Under the pieces are notes generated by a model. It did no database searches. It saw nothing but the letters and a program-made list of their open reading frames with translations, and had not been told where the DNA came from. A program made the position numbers and the translations under genes. Shown here in pieces: positions 26,742-37,100 of a stretch of 64,000 nt of DNA (position 1 is the first letter of the stretch; each line of letters opens with the position of its first letter). Source of the stretch: Ramazzottius varieornatus (Eukaryota > Animalia > Tardigrada); contig BDGG01000007.1 of NCBI GenBank assembly GCA_001949185.1, forward strand, positions 1,694,730-1,758,729. Direction: 5' to 3'.

Positions 26742-28332
26742 CTTCAATGCTCTGGCAGCAGACGGCAAAACAGCCCTACCGGAAGTTGTCTACCATATCT
26801 TCAAGTCTATGGGCACCGGTCAGTCTTCACTTGTGTATCCTTTTCCACGACAAGTGTTTTCTAGGTCTTGGGAGCATGTGTGTGGAAGGGAATACCGATG
26901 GTTGGTGTTGATTAGCCTTTTGTATGTAGGTTCATTTGGCAGTTCAGAGGTGTTCAAAACAGAGCGGGGTAATATGAAGGGAGAAATTCGTGCCATTAAG
27001 CGCATCGAGCACACCCACCAACCCCATGATTCGCGTCTTCGGCAAACTCGCCACGAGATCAACGTCTTTTCCACCCTGTCCGATTCCGGCATAACACTCA
27101 GCTCGCAAAGCGTCGTCCAGTTCTACTCGTATGCTTCCGTGACGGAAGGGACGCTCCTCTGTCTGGAATTCTGCGCGGGTCGGACCCTGTTGGATCTGTA
27201 CGACCAGTCGGAGATTCCGCTAGCTTTGCTCTCCATCAGGGAGATTGCCCGCCAACTGGCCACCGCCCTCTCCTTCCTCCACACCCACTTCATCCTTCAC
27301 CTGGACGTCAGGCTCTCCAACATTCTCCTGGCTCAACCCTGTCAGATTAATCATGTCGAAGCATCACCGAAGAATTCGGGGAGAGTTCTCTTCCAAGTCG
27401 TCAGTCAGCCGCAGATAAGGCTAACCGGCTTCCGCTATTGCAGACTGTATAAAGGTACGTGGCCGGTTAATCTTTTAGCCCAATATTAGCCCACTATTCG
27501 AAAACTCGCACAGGTTTGTGCCCGGCACGGACCTGTCCGGCATTCTCGTAGAAAAAAGGCGGATGAAACTCTTGAGCTTACGTACTTACTTTGTTGCGAT
27601 AATTAGTAAACCCTCTAAGCAATACTCTCAACGTACTTTACAGTAATGTTCTCTTCCGCGATAGGTGTTCAGTTGCCCGTGCAGGTGTCCGACGGTCTTC
27701 CACCCGCTTCGATGGCGCACGCTGCACCGGAAGTGAACCTCTGTCCCTACTCTTCGGAGAGCGGCGACCTCGGTGGCCTCCCCGTGTCCGATACCTGGTG
27801 CTTGGGCTCAACGCTGGCTAGTCTCTACCTCACTGACAACATCTTTGAGCCCGACAACGACATTGAGACGGAAGTGGAGACGGAAACGCCCAACGACAGT
27901 AGCGAGACGACGCCCTCCGAAGAGCCTGCCCTCAACAGTCAACACGCCTTCGACCTGTACCAACAACTAAATAAAACCCAGTGGATACTCAACCAGCACA
28001 TTCAGTATAAACCTCTGAAAAGTGCCATGGATGAATGTCTCGATATAGCCAGGACGGCCACCACTTTCACCGACCGACACTTTGTGACGGACAGTGATCG
28101 GCTAGCTACGCAACACCGACCACTAGACGATGTCGACTTGGAAGTATATCCTCATGAGGGTAAAGCCTTCACTGATCTTTTCTTCGATTTAATACAGAAT
28201 ATGTTTCAGTATAACCCTCATCTAAGGAAGGATGTCAGTGAACTGCTAAGTAAACATCCCTTCTTTACCACACGGCCTGAAGAGATGCCCGGAAACAATC
28301 CGGGAAATTCAGCCAAACGGCGGAAGCGCTAA
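26698..28332 (+). CDS. Divergent protein kinase-fold protein, probable pseudokinase
   Basis: Exons 26698-26818, 26930-27454, 27665-28332. Splicing restores the G-loop GTGSFG. Also AIK, alphaC Glu (RHEI), LCLEFCAG, HLDVRLSNILL, APE, DTWCLG and FDLIQNMFQYNPHLR..HPFF. The DFG position reads LTGFR. Confidence 0.8.
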
Positions 28333-28839
28333 ACTATGATGTTTTGATTTTCTCCTTTGTCTGTGATCCCCAATAAACTCTTTCGCACAATGCTGACTTG
28401 GTAGTCAGGCCGAGCGGAGCGAGGCCCTTTCAAGTCTGTCGAGATTTCAATGGACGATCAGATTCTTCGAGTTTTCAGATATCGCAAAAACAGTAGTGAA
28501 AAAAGACACGCCACTTGATCGGGGCGAGTAAAGATTTTACTGGGGAACCGTACTGTGAGTCACAAGTAAAAGTGCTCGCTCTACAATGGTTTGCGTCCTT
28601 TGCTCGGCCTTTCCAGTGGTCAGAACCACTAGCTAGTTTAAATTATATGATTGCTGGGGGAGCGGAATTCCAGTCGTCACAGTAACAGCATTGGTCTGGG
28701 CCAGCTGGATATAGGATCGTCAGTCAAGTGGATCGCGCAGTCACTTTTCGAACGTTCTTTTCCCTATTGAACGTCCGTTTCCTTTGTCGTTTCCCAGTGA
28801 GTTTCTCGCGTGACAAGAGTCTTTCCCTAGCGCCACGTT

Positions 28840-29643
28840 ATGCAGAACAACCAGAGCCCCGATCGCAAGCCGGAGGTGGCCAAGAATGACGCCATCAAGG
28901 CTTCCAACAGCGCCAAGGATCTTGCGGCCTCCAAGAGTGCCGAGTTCCGCAACAAGGCTCGCGACAAAGCCCAAGATGTCAAGGACGGAGCACGGGACAA
29001 GGCTCAGGACCTGAAAGATGGTGCCCGCGACATGGGCCAGGACATCAAGTCCGGAGTCAAGGAGGCCGCCAACACCGTCCAAAACAAGGCTCATGATGGT
29101 ACGAAGCCAAGCCGAAGCTCACATGAGTTTTTCCCCCAGAAGACAACTTTTTGGTTTGAATAAAAAGGGTCTGGATGCTTTGTAAGAACTCATTGCTGTT
29201 GTGCAGGTTACGAGAAGGCGGCCAACGTGGCGCACGACGCCAAGGATAAGGCCAAGGATATGGCAGGCAGCGCTGCTGACAAGGCCAAGGACGCCAAGGA
29301 CGCCACCGGCAACGCCTTGAGCAACGCTGAAGCCCAAGCGAAGGACCTGGCCGCCGCTGGTGTGGAGAAGGTCAAAGAAGGAGCTGTGGCCGTCGGAAAC
29401 CTGGCTGCTGCCGGTTATGAGAAGGCCAAGGAGGGAGCCACTGCTGTCGGTAACGCCGTCATGGGAGGAGCCGCCTTTGCTGCCGATGAGGGTAAGGAGC
29501 TGGCTCGCGATGCCAAGGATGGAGCGAATAACCTGAAGAATGATGCCAAGGATGCCGTCGACAATGTCAAGAACGAGGTCAAGGACACTGCCAACCGAGG
29601 ACCTAGCCGCGGCAATAGTCCCACGCGCAAACGCGACCTATAA
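28840..29643 (+). CDS. Group 3 LEA (late embryogenesis abundant)-like protein, ~231 aa
   Basis: Exons 28840-29098 and 29207-29643. A/K/D/E/G-rich, no Cys or Trp, 11-mer repeats KARDKAQDVKD/GARDKAQDLKD/GARDMGQDIKS/VAHDAKDKAKD/MAGSAADKAKD. Confidence 0.82.
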
Positions 29644-29922
29644 GACGCTGTATATACTGCTGTGGTCTGCTTGTTGCTTTTCTTACTTGTTTCGATAGAA
29701 ATTTCGTTTCGTTTCGTTTGTTCGTTGTTGTTTTGTATTGTTGATCTGTGAACGGGTCCAAAGGTATAGGCCGAGCGGAAAACGTGACTTGATAAAAAAA
29801 AGGTTAATCCCTAGGCAACTCCCTCGGTCCCAATGGCATCGCACTACGCAAAGCTTTTTTTGCGGCACTGGCATCTTGCAGGAACATTAGCGTCTTCGGC
29901 TGGAAATTATGACCGGAAGAAA

Positions 29923-31841
29923 ATGGCTGTTCTTTCTAGCAAGGAACGTCATTGCTCCATCGAAGAAGCTGTTTACAAGGTGTTCGAGATCCCCGAGGCA
30001 CTGCAGGAGTTTAGTCAGGTTAGCAAATGCAGTATCGTTGATAACAAGTCAGAAGGAAACCTAGCAGGACCAACACCTGAGGCTTGTGAACTTCCTGATA
30101 GCCATGAAAATTCCCTCTCAATATTTGCTCTTTTTTTAAGCAGAATGTCGAGAAGGATCAGTCTCGAAGGCAGGGTATAGGCGTAACAGAAGAGGACAGC
30201 TCGAGAGATCCGTCATCAGGCTCCGCTTCTGCGAAAAAGGATGGGCAAGGGGAGGCTAACGCTACTGGATCAGCAAGCCAGGATGGACGGCGACCTCTGA
30301 CGGCTTCTTCCAGTCTCCGAGACCCGGCGAAAACCGCCAAAAAAGGTAGGTTTTCCGAAACGAAAAGCAGCCAGATGGGCAGACATGTGAGGCAAAACGA
30401 CAGAAACGACAGGGAAGATGATCGCAGAAGTACCAGTGAAGACCTTTATCAAGACGGAGATGATGCATGGGAAGACGTTGGCGAGAAACCAGTTCTCGAT
30501 CTGAAAGACAGCCTCAAAGGAAAAGGTATCAAAAACGACAGAGACGACTTCTGTTCAAATGTGTCCTTGAGTCTTTGGTCTTTTGTGGGTAATCAACCGG
30601 TTTCATTTGTTTGAAGGTGGGACCCGGAAGCAGCAGCTGGTCGCAAGACAAGTGCGTGCAAATTATGCACGGCAAAAGAAAATCCCGGCCAGAACCTACT
30701 CGAATAGCACACTGAGAGCAATGCACAAGATCAACCTCGGCACGCTGAAAGAAAGCGACTATGTCGGTCTGGATTTACCGCAATGGTGCGATATTGAGGA
30801 GTCTATTCTGTCCCCCGATAAAACAGTTGAAACCTCTCCGTCCGCTGGCCTGATCACCCAGCATGCACATCTCGGCTACCATCTTCACGACGCATCATCC
30901 ACTTCGGACCTCTTGGGTCTGTTGTCGGCCAACACATCCGACAAAGTTGGCGAGCTGCGTGATTTACTGCCAGAAGATGAGAATTTTGGTTTGGGGGATA
31001 GCCCTCTTAAAATGTTGGAGAAGGCCGACGACGAAACCTTGCGAGATATCATGCATGTCTACTACCCCTCCTTCCAGAAGAGATCTGAGCTCAAGGTGGA
31101 TTACGATGCGTACTACGAATCGGAACCGGACACCTTGTCTTGCTGCTCGGACCCTCCTACGGTGGAGGAGGAGAACCAGATGGAGAGACGAGCCTGGACC
31201 ATCCAAATGTCGGAGATATTTCAAATGCTAGCTGCCAATGTCGGTCATCTGACAAGTAAGGACCAAGCTGATCAGTAATCAGAACATTCACAATGACAAT
31301 CTGTATCGGTTTGAATGTTGCAGACTATGCGTTGGTTGATCGTAGTTCTCAGCATTTTCTGGCACTAAGTGCCGGCCTCTCCGAACGTAAGCCGGAATTT
31401 GTCCGTCTGCAACGTTGCCTGTCCCAGCTGATGGAAGTATCTTCGACTGACATCTCAAAAACCATACAGAATTCACGACAGCTCTTTGTACCCTTTGATG
31501 GCAAAATGTACGTGCTACACGCTCTGGACTGTAAAATGGCTTTGGGCCGAACCACGGAAGTGGGTACTTACAGCGGCTTCATTGGGCGGCCAGTGCTCGG
31601 CCTCTTCCTCCTCTGTTTCTACGGACCAAACTCCCATTTGGTTCTCACACTGGACATCGTCAATAGTCTCGTTGATTACATCAACTTTTGCGTGTTGGAC
31701 TGTTTACCAGAATACGAAGACGGGCTAGAAAAAAACCTCACAGAAGTTCTGGATGACGAGCAAGTAGACAATGAGAAGAAGAAAAAGAAACGCCGGTCAA
31801 GACATGACTTGCCCGTTTACACCTCGAAAGAGTTATTTTAA
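29923..31841 (+). CDS. Uncharacterised ~544-aa protein: long charged/disordered N-terminus plus C-terminal profilin-like domain
   Basis: Phase-compatible exons 29923-30018, 30144-30525, 30617-31255, 31324-31841. The C-terminal region from AWTIQ to NSLVDYI follows the profilin pattern by eye. Confidence 0.6.
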
Positions 31842-32100
31842 AGATTGTTTATGTCATACGTTTTATGCCTCAAAGTTCCCAAGAAACGATTCAAATTCCT
31901 CACTTTTCTTTCTCATGTTTATTTTAAAATATTTCTGCAACTTCGAAATTAAAGTGCATTTTTCATTGACATTTTCAGTATTACTCCCAGAGCTAATCGA
32001 GCAATGTCACCACTTCGACTTGCTTTCATGTACGATGCGACGATCTTCTTGTGATACTTTACGCTAACTCACACTGAAAACTAAGGTACGGCGGTCCAGG

Positions 32101-34071
32101 ATGCGCTCCGGTAAGAGTTCTCCAAGGTTCAGACGCCAAAGTGACGACGAAATCTGGGCACAGCAGCAAGGCGGAAGTCCCAGCCGACGAACCCGCAGAG
32201 ATCGCCACGACGAAGATAATGACACGATTACAGTTTCTCTGCCTGAGATGGTCAACTATGATGAGATCGACGAGGCGCAGATGATTGTTCGGCGGGACCG
32301 AGTTACGCATTACAGCGAAGTCGGGGAAAAGCTGAGAGCCATGAGAAAGAAGCGGCAAGGATGGGACTGTACAATAGTCTGCGAAAAAGTAGGTCTGATT
32401 GGTAAATCCTCTTTGAGGCAACGCCCACATAGCCGTTCTTTTAATCGCAATCACGGTGTTGCCACTGCCACTGCTCTCATTTCCGGTTCAGTTTTGACTT
32501 TTGAGAACTTTCGTAAAATCTTAAACTTTTGTTCGAACCTTTGAATCTGCGGAGAAGATGCCTTCTCTCACGCTCCGATACTTTCGGTTGCTTTCAGGCA
32601 CGCCATCCAGCGCATCGAGCAGTTCTCGCGGCTCACTCCTCCGTTATTCATCGTTACTTGTTCGGGAAAAATGATGCCTTCCCTGTGGATATTCCAGCGG
32701 ACGGTGTCGACTCTTCCACCATCGAGCTGCTGCTAAAGTACTTCTACACGTCCAAACTGAGTATCAACTACAAGAATGTGAGTATCAGCTACAGATCTAC
32801 TACAAGAGCATTCGTGGAGACCGAGCAGAACATACAGTACCCTCTTGTCTATTTTAGAAGATTCGTCTTGTTTAATGCGTGAGCTGTTGATAGTTGCCAA
32901 TGGTCTTGTAGGTGATGCCGTTGCTGGAAGCGGCCAGAAGACTGGGCTTGTCAGCTGTCGAGGAGAAGGGTCTGGATTTTCTGGGAATTTTGCTGGCTGA
33001 TGAACAGTTGATGGTCACTCTACAGGTGACTTTATGCTGCGTTACTTGTACTTCCGGCGGAAGGATTTCCTTCAGGGTTCTTCTGTTTTTTTTCCTTTCT
33101 TGAAACGTTAACGGTCAGTGTTTGCTAGTTGGCCGAACGCGACGGACTCGCGGATCTGCACAGAGAAGCTTACAAGTGTCTGGCCAAGAATTTCTACAGG
33201 CAGACAAAGATGGTGGCTTTCCTGGAATGGGACGTCGAGAAGGTTATTCGTCTGCTGTCCAGTGACTACATCATCATCGAGACCGAACTGCACGTCTTCA
33301 CAGTAGCCATGCGCTGGATCTGTTATCAGCGCAGTGAACGGTTGCGGCATTTCAAGCGACTGATGGATACTGTGCGCTGGATGTACCTTTCGACGGAGGA
33401 GCTTCTCAGTATACCTGTTGCTCCAAAAACAGTTACCATTCTTGTGTGGCCATCTCTCTCGTTGTAGGCTGCGTCGATCAAGAGCAGCAAGTGATGAAGA
33501 GCAACGAAGTACGGCCAGCCTTGATCAATGCCAGCTGGTATAATACTCTCAAGAGTTTCGACTTTGCCTGGAAGGACTACCCCATTCCACCGCCCAGGAT
33601 ACGTGCTCTGAGGGATCAAGATCCTGACGAAGTCGTCCAGAGGATCCGGACGCAGCTGAAGCAGAAGCACTCGTCGTTCGACACCATCTGGAGAAAACAC
33701 GACCCACAGGTAAGTGCGCACTATAAAGCAGAAAGTCCTCTTAGCAGTGTAGCGATACCTGGAAATAGCGCCACCACCAATACAGGATTGTCAAAAGGGT
33801 TGAGGCATCATTTAACTCTGTTGCATGTATGAAACAGAGTGCGTTCGGCACAGACAAGGCGAGACAAGCAGGCTTCGACCTGATCGATAGCTTTCCGCCA
33901 CCACGAAAAGAGCTCAAGAACACACGTTCTCGACATTCAGACCCGGTCCCAGCAAACAAGAGTAGGACGAAATTCAAGGTTGAACAACAAAAGAAAAGCC
34001 ACGAGATCGAGCGAGATCGACCACCAACAGCCAAAGATGGCGGCGATAGAGGAGGAAGAGGTCGCCGATGA
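32101..34071 (+). CDS. BTB-BACK domain protein (kelch-like N-terminal module, no kelch repeats seen)
   Basis: BTB: DCTIVCEK|ARHPAHRAVLAAHS, ELLLKYFYTSKLSINYKN|VMPLLEAARRLGL. BACK: FLEWDVEKVIRLLSSDYIIIETELHVFTVAMRWI..ERLRHFKRLMDTVRW. The C-terminus is a short charged tail. Last-exon assignment is approximate. Confidence 0.8.
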
Positions 34072-34128
34072 GAGCCAAGCAAGGCTTGACCCTGCTTAAG
34101 TGGCGCACTTGAACAGCTTCACTTCCTA

Positions 34129-37100
34129 CTACTTCTTCTTCGTTTGTGAGCTGGATGGTTTGTGGGAAAGTTTCTTGAGGTCGGTGTTGCTCAGTTGTTC
34201 CGTGGAGTTTGCAGATGACAAAACTTTGCTGGCGAACTCTTGGACATCATGCTTGGTCTCGTCTTCATCTTCTTCTGCTTCTGCTTCTACTGTAGGCACT
34301 GCGTTGGTCTTGCCGTAAACGGCCATCAGGCTCTTGGACATGAAGTAGGGCTTCTGGACGGTACCGTCATTCTTTTCTAGGTCGTCGACTGAAATTTAAA
34401 ACACGTGTAAGCTTCGCCCCAATCAGGGGAGACCTGGCGTTTGACCAGGTCAGACGACTTACGGAAGCACAGGAACATAGTATCGATGGCCATTGTGTAT
34501 ACGCTGAAGAACATGGAGGTGATGATGTAACTGCCGATACAGATTGTCTGCAAAACGTAACAAGTCGTGAGATGTGAGCAGTGGTACGACTGCTGGAAGG
34601 AAAGGGGCTGACCACTAGGGGGACCCAAATGTAGTGGAATGGAGGAACAGTCAGTTCCAGTAAGGGAATGTGGTAGTTGTAGTAATAGTAGAAGAAGGCG
34701 ACAGTCAGAGCCAGGATGATGAGCTTGCCAAAGAAGAGGAAGAAGGAAATGGTGCTGTCCACTATAATCACTCTGTCAAAGAGAAGAAGCATATGGTCCC
34801 CTCGGAGTAGGAGAGCGATGGAATGATGGACCTTACCGCAAAGCATTGCGAACTAGAAGGCTAAAGGCCGACTTTGCTGAGGTGAAAAAGTTGTCGCCCA
34901 TGATGGCCATTTGAACATAGGCGTGCCGGTTGATGTATTTGATCATGTTCTCCAGGCAGCCCAAACAACACAGACAAACCCTTCAGGAGAAAGATACCTG
35001 ATAGGCTTATCGTTATCTACGGGATGTGGCTTAGGAGGGAACTTACTTGATGAGGCACCTCGTACATCGGTTTTCGATGCGCCGTAGTTTCCGTTGCAGT
35101 TTCAGAAGCGAATATAAGGCCAGCTGCACGGTGGCGATGAGGAACGATCCCAACGCTAGAGAGCCTAAATGGTACCTGTGGAGAAGGACTCTGTTGATGT
35201 AAAAGTTCAGGGACGCGCATTGGGTTTGAAGATGGTACCGGAAGCAACGGTAGAGAGAAGCTAGAAGGGGGAACCAGGGCAGATCGTCAGGCTTCAGCCA
35301 GGCCCAATAGTAAGAGGCAAAAGCTCCGGCTAATGTCATCTGACCCAAAGCCGAGCAGAAGGCAGTGGCCCACAGGAAGCCGAAGGCGTTGTAGACTTGA
35401 AAGAAGAACATGTACCTGCAGCCGAAAAGAAACGTGATGGACAACAAGGAAGTTAGCTATATGCCACCGAAAATGATGTTCCCTATGATGATGGACTTAC
35501 GGTTCCTGAGAAAACTTTTCGAATCTGCAGTGACCCGTGGCGTTGGGGTATAGGTCGGAGAAAGCCTGCGGACGGGCACACCAACCTTCTGATATGAGGT
35601 TGTCTGGGTTAGTAAATGAGCAGGAACCACCACTCACATTGGGATCGCAGGTGTCGTTGTTGCGTTGGTTGTCTACATCATCGGTGGAGTTGAAGACTCT
35701 GCCGGTAGCACGCCCGCTTGCTGTCAGCCACCTAGCATACATACATACATACATAACACATGCAAGTTGGGAACTGTCAGTGTCTCCCATAAAGAAAGAA
35801 TAGTAGGAAGGTCTTGGGGTATTTACCTACATGGCTGTAGAACCACAAGCTCCGATGACAATGAGCTGTAGAACCAGCGGCAATAATGGGAAGAAGAGGG
35901 TCGACAACATGTGACTTATAGCTCTACGGTGAAGGGACATTTTGGTGAAGACAGGCATACTGTACGTAGGACCTATATCCAGGGCTTCGCAATAAGAAAA
36001 GGTTACCTGGAGCTTACTCGAATCATGGCAATAGCAGTGCGTACCCTTCTCCTGAGGAAAATAGCCAACAAAATGATGAGGGTCAGAAGAGCGACGCATA
36101 TCCAGCCTGTGAAAGAGCAAAGGGTTGCCATGAAGGACTTGGCATGTCAAGTACACTTGCGGCTCTACCGAGGGTCATCCAGGTGGAAGGATTGGCCATG
36201 TAGGCGTCAAAGTTTTTTGGATCAAAGTTGGCATCGTTGGCCAAACTGGTGTGATTGTGGGCCGCCAGCTCTGCTTGCTGTGTGTATTTGAAATAACAGT
36301 AGTACGCCCCTTTCAAAAAGAATAATTATGACGTATTATCGCTTTCCTTTTTGATGGTTGGCATACGACGGGAACAGGGAGGTTGCTAGCCTGACTTACC
36401 GTAGATTAGCCCACCAACCGAGGCAAGAAAGGAGAGGAGGAAAAGTGGTCCAGCGATGAAGCGAATCAGAACGACCCAGGCCAAGGCCAAAAGGGCTGAC
36501 AAGCCGAACCCACTAGAAGCGATATGTGTAAGGAGAGATTTTTACGGTTTGGGCAAGAGTGGAGAATAAGCAGTTAGTTACCCAAGGACGGATCTCCAGG
36601 TGTTTGTGTAGTCGTGGGCAATGTTGATGAAGACGTTTCGGGTCTCGATGTAGATCTTGATCCAAGTGGAGGCCGTAAAGACATCTCTAGCCGTGACGGT
36701 CTGGTTCCAGGAGACGGTAATGTTGGTGTCGATGTCGTCAAAGGCCGTTATGATCTTGCCTGTTGCGTCGTCGTTCTTGAAGCCCGGCAGACAGCGACCC
36801 AGCACACCGCCACTGGGTACATAGTAGGAGGCGCACTTGCCCAGCGTGGTCAGCAACTGGGCTTGCTCGTAGGTTTGAATGCTGGACTTGTCGATATCCG
36901 GCAGGCAAATCATCTTGGTGGTGTTGAGGCGAGGCAGGAGGTTTGCAGCCCCTCCAAACCCTCTCAAGGCCTGGCCCACCTCAGAGGGCGCTAGTTGGAA
37001 AACGGAGAAAGCGTCGTTTGGGCAGTGGGATACGCAAATCTGCAAGCGTCAAAGTTAGGCGCTTGTCTTCCTAGTCTGACGTGGTAGCTACGTATACTTA

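Noticed and set aside
28390-28440. Small hairpin-like motif GGCCGAGCGGAGCGAGGCC, possible Helitron-type end
   Set aside because: Too short, and no other element boundary could be identified.
35176-35240. In-frame CTL paralog 2 intron with GGTACCAT repeated at both ends (possible recent intron gain)
   Set aside because: Paralog 1 has an intron at the same position (R|FHLGS), so the intron is ancestral and the repeat is likely chance.
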